A program made the position numbers and the translations under genes. A model generated the notes under the pieces. That model had not been told where the DNA came from. It made no database searches and was given only the letters and a program-made list of their open reading frames with translations. A stretch of DNA of 64,000 bases, taken from assembly GCA_024239055.1 (NCBI GenBank), contig JANBVJ010000003.1:504-64503 (forward strand), in the 5' to 3' direction. This document shows positions 52,315 through 61,200 of this stretch, piece after piece. The stretch's first letter is position 1. Every line of letters begins with the position of its first letter. The stretch comes from Patescibacteria group bacterium (lineage in GTDB: Bacteria; Patescibacteriota; Minisyncoccia; Minisyncoccales; UBA10102).

Positions 52315-52513
52315 AAAGAAAACTAAAACAGAGATTTTGGAGGATATAGATCAATACATGGAGGAATGTTGCATTAACATCTTTGAAAACCTTCAAGCAA
52401 ACGAAGTCACCCTAAATGGAGAGGAGATCCTCCGATCAGCAGATGAGTTCTATAAGAAATTAGATCATCAAAACAACAAAGTCATCGTTACAGGAGACGG
52501 TAAATTTGCCTAG
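52307..52513 (+). CDS. hypothetical protein
   Basis: Start set at in-frame TTG 52307 (MSEKKTKTEILEDID...). Confidence 0.45.
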   Translation: MSEKKTKTEILEDIDQYMEECCINIFENLQANEVTLNGEEILRSADEFYKKLDHQNNKVIVTGDGKFA

Positions 52514-52582
52514 TTTGTTCATAAGTTATAGAGAAAACAATATAAGATATACTACTACTACCAAAGGTGTAGAATTACTATG
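52511..52582 (+). promoter_or_regulatory. Promoter cassette D (degenerate)
   Basis: GTTTGTTC half-site, TATAAGATAT box, (ACT)x3, AGGTG SD-like, ATG 52580. Confidence 0.45.
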
Positions 52583-52711
52583 AGTCAGGTACATGAAAGA
52601 AAGGTGCATTGTGATAACTGTGGCTACTCTTGGGTATCAAAGTCAGATATGATTATGATTACATGTCCAAGTTGTATGCGCAAAGTCAATACTGAGAAGA
52701 AACGTAAGTAA
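52580..52711 (+). CDS. 43 aa zinc-ribbon protein (paralog of 57799..57918)
   Basis: MSQVHERKVHCDNCGYSWVSKSDMIMITCPSCMRKVNTEKKRK*. Confidence 0.45.
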   Translation: MSQVHERKVHCDNCGYSWVSKSDMIMITCPSCMRKVNTEKKRK

Positions 52712-52800
52712 ATTCGGTCAACTAACTGTTTAGGTGGAACAGGGGAAATGCTTCTTTCGGATAACGAAATTTTTTGTTAATTTACGCCCAATATTTTTTC

Positions 52801-52975
52801 TAAACCGCTACGTAGCATAATTGAAATTCAATCAGGCATCAAAACAGGAAAAAACTAAAGTCGATTTTTGTCGTTACCTGCACCTGCTGGATAACGCTGA
52901 GTCACGAACAGAAGGTGTTCAGCAAAAAGCACATACAATACTTTATAACTACTACTATAACTACTACTACCAATG
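52801..52975 (+). promoter_or_regulatory. Promoter/operator cassette E
   Basis: CTACGTAG (52808-52815) + TTGAAATTC; GAACA-gaagg-TGTTC (52906-52920); CTTTATAA box (52941-52948); ACT repeats; ATG 52973, about 28 nt from the box centre. Confidence 0.6.
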
Positions 52976-53068
52976 GCTAAGAACAACCATAAGACCGTAG
53001 AATCGGAGGCAGAAATCAGCATAGTGATTCTTGACGAATCACAGACCATAAGAGGTCAGAAAAATTGA
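52973..53068 (+). CDS. first-gene small protein of cassette E (31 aa)
   Basis: MAKNNHKTVESEAEISIVILDESQTIRGQKN*; N-terminus paralogous to 44578; TTGA junction. Confidence 0.35.
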   Translation: MAKNNHKTVESEAEISIVILDESQTIRGQKN

Positions 53069-53505
53069 GTGATATGAAATTAGCATTCAAGGTAGTAAAC
53101 CAAATTGGTATTGACAGACTTTGTGCTGAAACAAAGGATGGAGATGATTTGTTTACTATTGAACCATACTTGAATTGCAGAGAAAAAGGTTTTGCAATTA
53201 CTCAGAATGTATTACCAAACGGAAAGTTCGTTCATCCATTTGAAGAATGTAAAACAGTAGTGTTTTCACAACATAGGAGAACAGATGAACTTGTAGTTTT
53301 TGTAGGAACAAGAAAATGGTTTGATGACGGTAAACAATTCTTACCTTGTGGAGACAAACACTTCGTTCCTAGTAATGAGACTTGGGAAAGACAAGATCCA
53401 ACAAATAGATTTTCACCAACAAAATTACAAGATGCAGTAAAATTCATTGAGAATGAATTAGGATTGCCTCAAGTGTTAGAAGTATTGGAGGTTAAACAGA
53501 ATTGA
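53065..53505 (+). CDS. hypothetical protein
   Basis: 146 aa; TTGA overlap. Confidence 0.55.
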   Translation: MSDMKLAFKVVNQIGIDRLCAETKDGDDLFTIEPYLNCREKGFAITQNVLPNGKFVHPFEECKTVVFSQHRRTDELVVFVGTRKWFDDGKQFLPCGDKHFVPSNETWERQDPTNRFSPTKLQDAVKFIENELGLPQVLEVLEVKQN

Positions 53506-54011
53506 CTTTAGATTATCTTCATTGTAAGAGACACTTCAACAGTTCAGTAAAGTTAGATCCAGTAGTAGCAGAAATGTTTGAAGATAACGAAAAAGAAGGT
53601 CGTATAGAATACATTCCAAAGGGTAAAGGATGCGATATTGTTATTGGTGGAAAAAACGGAAAGGAATGTGGTAAACAACCATTTGCTATAATCAAGTACA
53701 AAATAGATTATGAGGCAAGTGAACAAGGAGAAATGTATCCTATTGATTCATTAAGATGGTATGATGGTAAACCAATAAAACTAACAAAGAAAGAGGCAAA
53801 AAATATTGATTATGATGTATTTTGTGATTTATGTAAAAAGGTAATACCATTCAAAAAGGAAAAAGAAAATAAAATTGACGAAGGAAAACTAATTTTCCAT
53901 TTAGTAACGGTTCATCATGATGACATACCAAAGAAAAAACATATTCATTTGAGTCCACTGGTAAGAAAGCATTTCCAATTCTATGAAAAAGGCTTGGAGG
54001 TTTTATGTTAA
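53502..54011 (+). CDS. Cys/His-rich hypothetical protein
   Basis: 169 aa; TTGA overlap; FCDLCKK...HLVTVHHDD. Confidence 0.55.
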   Translation: MTLDYLHCKRHFNSSVKLDPVVAEMFEDNEKEGRIEYIPKGKGCDIVIGGKNGKECGKQPFAIIKYKIDYEASEQGEMYPIDSLRWYDGKPIKLTKKEAKNIDYDVFCDLCKKVIPFKKEKENKIDEGKLIFHLVTVHHDDIPKKKHIHLSPLVRKHFQFYEKGLEVLC

Positions 54012-54167
54012 ATGTTTGGTTTTGGTAAAATATTACTTGGAATATTGATTGGAGTTTTTGTTCTTCCATTCATATTTGCTGATCCACTTGGTACATTTGA
54101 AACAATTCAAGGTGTAATAGAAAAATTAAGTGAACTTGGTGGCGCAATAGGAGGTTCTACAGATTGA
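54012..54167 (+). CDS. small membrane protein (51 aa), paralog of 54709
   Basis: MFGFGKILLGILIGVFVLPFIFADPLGTFETIQGVIEKLSELGGAIGGSTD*. Confidence 0.4.
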   Translation: MFGFGKILLGILIGVFVLPFIFADPLGTFETIQGVIEKLSELGGAIGGSTD

Positions 54168-54280
54168 TTAACGAAATAATTGGAACAATTTGTTACTTTA
54201 TCATGAAGAGAACAGATCCAGAATGGACAAAACAGGAAGAAGAGAAGTACAAGTTCAAGGAGGAAAAACAATATGACTAA
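54164..54280 (+). CDS. hypothetical small protein (38 aa)
   Basis: TTGA overlap; hand translation MINEIIGTICYFIMKRTDPEW... Confidence 0.3.
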   Translation: MINEIIGTICYFIMKRTDPEWTKQEEEKYKFKEEKQYD

Positions 54281-54551
54281 ACAATTAACTCATCTTGAAT
54301 ATGTAATTAATAACATAAAAGACAAAGACGATGCTTTTCATATTAAACAATTGATTAGTCTAGCAGATAGAGTAAAACTACATACAGGAACATTGAACAA
54401 TGGAAAAAAGTTTTATGAAGATAAACAAGCACTTGAAACTTTACAATATGCGGTTGATGAAATAGATCGATATTGTGTTGCGTTAGTTAAGTTAGGTAAA
54501 TTCATCGATTACATACCAAATAGACAACATTATGGGGAGGAATACGATTGA
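54273..54551 (+). CDS. hypothetical protein
   Basis: 92 aa; AGGAGG upstream. Confidence 0.5.
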   Translation: MTKQLTHLEYVINNIKDKDDAFHIKQLISLADRVKLHTGTLNNGKKFYEDKQALETLQYAVDEIDRYCVALVKLGKFIDYIPNRQHYGEEYD

Positions 54552-54712
54552 CTGTAATAAAAATAGAAGAAGGAGATAAATTAATTGCTGATGAAGGTAT
54601 ATCTGAATGGATTGTAAAAAGAGATTATGATTTCAATCCAGTCTTAGAACTGTTACCGTTTGATGAGAAAGCACATCAAAAGAGATTGAAGAATGGAGAT
54701 TATGAAAATTGA
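54548..54712 (+). CDS. hypothetical small protein (54 aa)
   Basis: TTGA at both ends. Confidence 0.4.
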   Translation: MTVIKIEEGDKLIADEGISEWIVKRDYDFNPVLELLPFDEKAHQKRLKNGDYEN

Positions 54713-54867
54713 GTTTCTTAGGATTTTTCAGTCCATTTAGAATTCTAACTGGAATGATCTTAACAGCATTCATAATTACACCAGTAATTGCTGATCCAGC
54801 AGAAACATTCACGACAGTTTCAGAATTTATTGCGAAACTGTCACCAATTTTTGAGGGTGGTGTTTAG
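54709..54867 (+). CDS. small membrane protein (52 aa), paralog of 54012
   Basis: MSFLGFFSPFRILTGMILTAFIITPVIADPAETFTTVSEFIAKLSPIFEGGV*. Confidence 0.4.
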   Translation: MSFLGFFSPFRILTGMILTAFIITPVIADPAETFTTVSEFIAKLSPIFEGGV

Positions 54868-55035
54868 ATGGGATTAAGAAGTGCTTGGAAAGAAGATGGA
54901 ATTCGCAGACTTGAAGATGAACTGGAATTCAATCAAGACATGTTTGATACATACGGAGATCAAGAGTACAAAGACATGATTATAAGAATTAAACAAGAAC
55001 TTGACGAAGAAAGAGCAGACTTGGAGGAATTATAA
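54868..55035 (+). CDS. hypothetical small acidic protein (55 aa)
   Basis: ATG directly after the upstream TAG. Confidence 0.4.
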   Translation: MGLRSAWKEDGIRRLEDELEFNQDMFDTYGDQEYKDMIIRIKQELDEERADLEEL

Positions 55036-55037
55036 AG

Positions 55038-55196
55038 TTGAGTATTTGTGATTTCTGTAAAAACGAGAATGCTACTTGGTTGTCAGCAAGTGTACATGCA
55101 GACTGTTTGAATTGGGGAGATGGAGAACACATCAATCCAATAGATCAAAGAGAGTGCGATTGTAATTGTTGTTATCCACAGGAGATAAGAAATTGA
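55038..55196 (+). CDS. small Cys-rich protein (52 aa)
   Basis: TTG start; MSICDFCKNENATW...ECDCNCCYPQ. Confidence 0.4.
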   Translation: MSICDFCKNENATWLSASVHADCLNWGDGEHINPIDQRECDCNCCYPQEIRN

Positions 55197-55345
55197 ATTT
55201 AGAAATAAGAATCAGTTTATCAGAAAAGGAACAAAAGAAAGTATTCAGTTTCTTGAGAGGACTTGATGCAGAATTTATGGTTTATAATGCAGTAGGAGAT
55301 CGAATTTACTCTACTTATGAGGGAGATAAAATTGATCATAGGTAG
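55193..55345 (+). CDS. hypothetical small protein (50 aa)
   Basis: TTGA overlap. Confidence 0.35.
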   Translation: MNLEIRISLSEKEQKKVFSFLRGLDAEFMVYNAVGDRIYSTYEGDKIDHR

Positions 55346-56420
55346 AGACATTACAAAGGAAGATCAGAGTGTTAGAGAAGGATACTTAAAGAAAGTAGAC
55401 TTTGAATTAGATGTTCCAACATTCTTGAAAACCCATTCATTCCTACAATCAATAACAGGACATGGAAAAACAAATCTAATCTTAAATATTGTAGACGGTT
55501 TAATTCAAGAAAGACCAGACATTCAATTAGTATTCCTAGATGATCAAGAAGAGTTTACATTCATTCCAAGAAAATACAAGAACGTAATTCTAATTTCAAA
55601 GGACAGAACTCCGAATATATTTACAACAAAACATGCATTTGAGTTAGGAAAACAATCAAGAAAGAACGGACAGTCATTAGTTCTCAAACTTTCAGACTTT
55701 GCAAAAAGTGAAGATAAAGAATTGTTTGTAGCGAATTTTCTTGACGGATTCAAGTCAGAAGGAAAGAAGATTGGTACACCATGTTTATTGATAATTGATG
55801 AGGCAGATCTATTTGTTCCAACAAGATCAAAACGAAAGAACGTTGTTTCAAGGGATCCTATTATTTGGTATTGTAAGAGGGCTAGAAAATTAAATATTTC
55901 AGTCTTACTTGCAACACAATACTCATCGGCAGTTGATATTGATGCAAGAAGAGAGATGGAAAATTACTTCATTGGTAAAACAAAACAAAGAACAGATAGA
56001 AATGCAGTTTGTGAGATGTTAGGAGATAATTCAATCTTTGACAACTTAGGATGGGGATTAAAGAAAGGTCAGTTCTATGTTAGAGGAGATGCATTATCAA
56101 AGGATCTGACATTATTACTAACTAAAGAAACTAAAATAGAAAAAAGACTTGCAGGAGTTGACGAAGAGAAATCTTATTCAGACTTGTCAAAGATCTATGA
56201 AGAATCTATCACAGGACATCAAAATCTATCTCTAATTGAAATGTTACAAAAGAAAATTAACGACTTGGAAAAAGAATTGACTGTAACAAAGTCAAAGGAA
56301 TTGACAGACGAAATACGTAAACACTTGATTGACATGGGATTCAATGATGGACTAAGGAAAGCAAAGGAACAGTACGAGACAGACAAAGGAAAGTTCACTA
56401 GATTTGTGGAGAAGTTGTAA
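55317..56420 (+). CDS. HerA/FtsK/VirB4-type P-loop ATPase
   Basis: Walker A SITGHGKTN; Walker B CLLIIDEADLFVP; LLATQYSS. The true start may be TTG 55332 (GAGGGA upstream). Confidence 0.65.
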   Translation: MREIKLIIGRDITKEDQSVREGYLKKVDFELDVPTFLKTHSFLQSITGHGKTNLILNIVDGLIQERPDIQLVFLDDQEEFTFIPRKYKNVILISKDRTPNIFTTKHAFELGKQSRKNGQSLVLKLSDFAKSEDKELFVANFLDGFKSEGKKIGTPCLLIIDEADLFVPTRSKRKNVVSRDPIIWYCKRARKLNISVLLATQYSSAVDIDARREMENYFIGKTKQRTDRNAVCEMLGDNSIFDNLGWGLKKGQFYVRGDALSKDLTLLLTKETKIEKRLAGVDEEKSYSDLSKIYEESITGHQNLSLIEMLQKKINDLEKELTVTKSKELTDEIRKHLIDMGFNDGLRKAKEQYETDKGKFTRFVEKL

Positions 56421-56613
56421 ATTGGTTCTTTATTACCAAAATTTCAACTGTGCTGAATGTAAACAAGATTTTGGTTCATGTAAGGCATCAACTTGTAGAC
56501 TTAATCGTTATGGAAAAGTCATTTGTAGTTGTTGCACTTGGAATATTGAAAACATGGATGATTACAAATCATTCAAAGAACGAGAAAAGATAGGAGTTGC
56601 TAATAGGTTATGA
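56404..56613 (+). CDS. Cys-rich small protein
   Basis: NCAECKQDFGSCKASTC...CSCCTWN. Confidence 0.45.
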   Translation: MWRSCKLVLYYQNFNCAECKQDFGSCKASTCRLNRYGKVICSCCTWNIENMDDYKSFKEREKIGVANRL

Positions 56614-56741
56614 ACATTAAGCCAATAACAAAACCAGTTGATCAAAAGAAACTTTTGGATGATGATTTCAAAGAACTAGACGAATCAATTGACAATCTAA
56701 GAAAAAAAATGCAAAAATGGAAGGAGACTAGATCACAATGA
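56610..56741 (+). CDS. hypothetical small protein (43 aa)
   Basis: ATGA at both ends. Confidence 0.35.
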   Translation: MNIKPITKPVDQKKLLDDDFKELDESIDNLRKKMQKWKETRSQ

Positions 56742-56935
56742 AAGTAAAACGAAAGATAATTCCAGAAGATCAAACCAGATTGATTGACGACAATACAGCA
56801 ATTGTAAAGTTTAGTGACTTGACTAATCCAAAACTAAATCCAACTTTAAGATTAGATGCAGACTTTGCAATTAAACTTGCAAAGAAAATAGAAAAACAAA
56901 ACAAAAAAGACATTGTAGGAGAGGAAGGATATTGA
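56738..56935 (+). CDS. hypothetical protein
   Basis: 65 aa; ATGA overlap. Confidence 0.45.
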   Translation: MKVKRKIIPEDQTRLIDDNTAIVKFSDLTNPKLNPTLRLDADFAIKLAKKIEKQNKKDIVGEEGY

Positions 56936-57039
56936 CAGGAAAGTATCCACAACAAATTGTTGAAGAATACAAAGAAGAAATTGCATCTAGACTTACTGCA
57001 CAGAGACTTCGAAATTTAATTTGGGAGGAAATAAAGTGA
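56932..57039 (+). CDS. hypothetical small protein (35 aa)
   Basis: TTGA start; GTGA end. Confidence 0.3.
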   Translation: MTGKYPQQIVEEYKEEIASRLTAQRLRNLIWEEIK

Positions 57040-57575
57040 CTAGAAAGATTGCAAGAAAAAGCAGAATACTCCAAATGGAAGAGATGAAACTAAAGTTATT
57101 TGAAAAGAATGGTAAGAACAAGGAGAATAGACATTATCTATACCAAAAGTGGTTTCTTGATAAAGCAAAGTTATACACAGTAGTAAATGAAGAATTATCA
57201 AAAAAGGTTTCAGATAACATTAATGCAAAAATAAAACAATGCTATCATAACTGTTGGAATGCAGTTAATTCATTTCCAGACTTGGAGTATTGTGAAGGTT
57301 ATTCATTCAGTGAAGATATTCCGATTCCAATAGAACATAGTTGGTTACTAAATTCAGGAGGAAATGTAATTGATCCTACTTTGGTCATTAATGGAAAATC
57401 ATTAGAAAAACAATTAAAAAAATACGGTGTTAATAATTCAACAGAAAGAGAAAGAAGAATTGGTTCAGAGTATTTGGGAATAAAGTACACACTAAAACAG
57501 TTAAACAAATTTGCATTAGAGACAAAGAAAACAGGATCTTTTCTCTATCTATTATACAGGGAGGAAAACAAATGA
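57036..57575 (+). CDS. papain/transglutaminase-like Cys-His-Asp signature protein
   Basis: Start set at the GTGA junction 57036. QCYHNCWNAV...CEGYSF...IPIEHSWLLNSGGNVIDPT resembles the C...H-x-W...D core of transglutaminase-like peptidases. Confidence 0.5.
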   Translation: MTRKIARKSRILQMEEMKLKLFEKNGKNKENRHYLYQKWFLDKAKLYTVVNEELSKKVSDNINAKIKQCYHNCWNAVNSFPDLEYCEGYSFSEDIPIPIEHSWLLNSGGNVIDPTLVINGKSLEKQLKKYGVNNSTERERRIGSEYLGIKYTLKQLNKFALETKKTGSFLYLLYREENK

Positions 57576-57802
57576 CAGGAATAATTATCTGTGATGGTTG
57601 TGGAGTTCCATTCTTTGCGCATGGTAGTGAAAAAAACTTACCAGATTATCTCAAAGGACTTCCATTGTTTATGGGAATAAGAAAACTAAAAGCAACTGAG
57701 GTTCAACGTAAAGGTCAAAGCGGTTACAGTAGAACAGCATACACAAGATTCCTTGATCTTTGTCAAGAGTGTGAAAGAAAAGAGAGGTTAGAAAAAAGAT
57801 GA
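57572..57802 (+). CDS. zinc-ribbon protein
   Basis: ATGA overlap; CDGCG...CQECERK. Confidence 0.5.
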   Translation: MTGIIICDGCGVPFFAHGSEKNLPDYLKGLPLFMGIRKLKATEVQRKGQSGYSRTAYTRFLDLCQECERKERLEKR

Positions 57803-57918
57803 GAGTACACTGTAAACATTGTAATTATGAATGGGATACTAAAGTTACCAAAGTCTTTGTGACTTGCCCAAGTTGTTTGAGAAAAATTAAACTCGAAGAG
57901 TCGGAGGTTACAGTATAA
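57799..57918 (+). CDS. 39 aa zinc-ribbon protein (paralog of 52580..52711)
   Basis: MRVHCKHCNYEWDTKVTKVFVTCPSCLRKIKLEESEVTV*. Confidence 0.4.
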   Translation: MRVHCKHCNYEWDTKVTKVFVTCPSCLRKIKLEESEVTV

Positions 57919-57919
57919 A

Positions 57920-58201
57920 ATGTTAGAATGTGCATTTTGTGGCAATGCAAATGTAGAAAAGATTACAGACGAACATTACAACTGTTCTATCTGTGGATTT
58001 GGATGGAACGGTAAACAACCAGCAAATATGACTAAGCATTTACAGAGAATTATAAATTTAACAAAGTATTTGATAGTTCAAAACCCTACAAAGTCTAGAG
58101 ACGAGATAACAAATATTGTAATGGAAAAATTACATGCAATAGAAAATCATCCAGTAGATAAATTTGGATATTGCGAGTATTGCAATACGAGGTTCGAGTA
58201 A
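57920..58201 (+). CDS. zinc-ribbon protein
   Basis: CAFCGN...CSICG...CEYC. Confidence 0.5.
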   Translation: MLECAFCGNANVEKITDEHYNCSICGFGWNGKQPANMTKHLQRIINLTKYLIVQNPTKSRDEITNIVMEKLHAIENHPVDKFGYCEYCNTRFE

Positions 58202-58240
58202 AATGCTTAATAACTACCACTACTACCAATACTTAATGAT
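58202..58240 (+). promoter_or_regulatory. Promoter cassette F
   Basis: The 29 nt AATGCTTAATAACTACCACTACTACCAAT (58202-58230) is identical to 40104-40132. ATGATG at 58236 lies about 28 nt from the TTAATAA centre. Confidence 0.55.
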
Positions 58241-58287
58241 GATACAAAGTCACCCAAAGATTTTATCTATTTCAGATACTCTACCGT

Positions 58288-61200
58288 ATGGGTTGTGCTT
58301 GTCAAGATTGTTGGAGGGCGAAAAAATTGTCTAAAAAGAATGATAAAAATGAAATCAAAGTAAATGTAAGTAATGACTCACTGAGAAACGCCACAACCAA
58401 ACTAAGAGCAGGTCAAGGAAATAACTTTGGACAAGGAATTTCAGATAGGAGAAATGACAAGGTATCTGTAAATAGAGGAATGAAAGGCACAAAAAAATTC
58501 AGGATTTCTAAAGGAGAATTTATTGAAGATGGTTTTGGAGTTTGTGATGGATGTAACAAAAAATTTGAATCGTTAGTTAGAGTTGAAGGAAATAAAAATG
58601 ACACAGTTTGTTTTGATTGTTTTGGATCTAGATTTGGTGCTTTTGAATTAACTGATCTAATGAAAAAATTGTCACCTGATACATTAAAAAGATGGCAAGA
58701 TCCAATTATGCAAGTTCATGATTTTGTTGACTTTGATGAATTATCAGTTCCTCAATTGATTGAAGAAAGAGAAAGGATCAAGTTAGAATTAGATAAAGAT
58801 AGTTCAAGACTTTATGATAAAATTAGTAAAGAAGAATTAGATAAATTAAAACACATTGATCAAAAAAAGAAACAACAATATTTAGATCACGATTCTACCA
58901 TTGGTCAAGTCTACACTGATACACATGGACATCTTCAACACTTAATGAGAGAACGACCTTATTCAATTGCAATTGACAATGCACAAGAAGAGTTCAACGA
59001 ATATCTCGATACAATTACAGATGAAAACGGTTATCTCGATAGAGATGATGCACTTGCTTATGCAAAAAAGACACTAAATGCAATAGATAGATCAGACTTT
59101 GGTGTTGGTGAGGCAGAAGGCTTAGACCAATTCACTGATAAAATTGAACAAACAATTTTCAATGACAAAGGAACAAGAAAAAGATTCTGTCCTAGATGTG
59201 AAAAGAACGAATTAAAATATCCATTACCTCTTAACGCAAAATCCAGATATGACAAAGATACTTGGGTTTGTTCTGAATGTGGAAACGATGAGGCACTAGA
59301 AGGATATGATAAGGCATTAAAAATGAATAAAAAAACATTTCAGATATTTCTTGATGATGTTCTTCCAAAAGATATTCCACATGAGAATATTGATTTAATT
59401 ACAGATTGGTTAATGGTTCAATACCTAAGTAAAAAACCAGATCCTACATTTATGAAATACTTTAAAGAATGTGGAGGAAACTTAGACCAATTCAATAAAT
59501 TAACAGAAGAATTACAAAAAGGTGATGAAGAATACGTTAATGCGTTCAGAAAAGCAATATTTAATGAAAATATTAAAGCACTAACAGCAGTTGGAATTGA
59601 ACCAATATCAGATGGTAATGTTGTTTATGAAAAAATAGTTGATGAGAGACATATACCAAAATCAGGAATAAAACAATACGATTCAAGAATTAAAAAAGAA
59701 AAGAAACTTGATCCAAAATACATTTCATTCGAAGAGGCAAGAGTATGGGCATTAGATCAAAAATGTCATAGCAGACAAGACTGGATCAACATAACAAAGA
59801 CGGATGACTTTCCAGAAAACATTCCAATTCATCCAGAAACAAAGTATTCAGAGTTTCAAGAACTTGGAGGATTTCCAAATTTCTGTGGTTACACACAAAA
59901 AGTAAGACGAGCATCATTAACAAAAGAAAGAGTAAAAGAGATTCTCAAAGAATTTGAAAGAAGGTGGGAGTTTTACGCAGAATATTCAACTGGAATGGTA
60001 ACAAACTGGTTTGACACTCAAGGTTTGTTCAGTGTAAAAGATCCGTATGTACAAACATTACTTACAAAATTAACTTCTTGGCAGTTAGATCCAGACAGCA
60101 TTGAGGCATTGCGTTACTGGTGTAGAACTGGTGACTTTGAGAAAAAAATTGGAAAGTATTCACTTCAATCAAAAACAGAAGAAACTACAATAGATTACCT
60201 AGACAGACAACCAACACAGGTTTCAGAAATGTCAATCACAGGACTCTTAGAAGATTCTGTAACAATAGGAGTTGAAAGGATAATGATTAATGCAAGAATG
60301 GTTGTACCAGATGAAACTGACAAGGCTTGGTATGATCAACAAGTAGTTTTTTGTGTCAGAAATATTATGCTTAGATTCTGTGATCCAGATAGAGAAGAGG
60401 TAGAATACAAGAGTCTTAAAGCAGAACCCATGAACGGAAACAAATTTCATGATGAGATTCTCAAGACAGCATTAAAGGAATATGAATATGTTAAAAATAT
60501 CAATTACGATAAACAATTTTATACATTCCCTCATCCTCCAACATTTTTACAAAAATATCATGCATACAAAACTAGAGAAAAGAATTCATTTTTCAATATG
60601 AGTGGTACAGGTCAAAAGAAAACAGGCGCATCAGTAATTGGCGCAATTGCTAACAAATGTACACACATCCTAGTCGTTGTTCCAAACAATATAGTTCCTC
60701 AATGGGTTACTAATATTCGAAGATTCTACAGTAATGCATTTGTTTTCTCTGGAAAGGATCTTCACAATAACTATTTTATTAACAGTGGTAAACACATTCC
60801 AAAGTTCCATGTAATTAATTATGACAAGTTTGGAAGGAGTGACTTAGCAAAGAGATTCATTGATCAAATTGGTAGTAACAAAATTGACATGGTTATTTTC
60901 GATGAAGGTCAGTTAGTAAAGACAAGAGATGGAGATCCAAACTTTTATTCAAACAGAAGAAAGAACATAGAAACTCTTGTTGATCATCTTAGAAATGTAA
61001 ACAGAAAACTAAAGGTAAACATACTCTCTGCAACTCCTGTAATTAATAACATTAGAGAAGGTAAATCATTATTAGAATTATTAACTGGAACAAAATACGG
61101 ATTCTCAACTAGAAATACTTTAAGAAATGCAAACAAATTACACACTGAATTTATTCCATTTTCAGTTGTGTATTCCAAAAGACCAGATCTAAAAGAAGTT

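Noticed and set aside
37021-58240. Repeated cassettes as a CRISPR array or MITEs
   Set aside because: The copies are 3-8 kb apart, always directly upstream of an ATG, with TATA-like geometry. There are no regularly spaced short repeats or terminal inverted repeats with target duplications.
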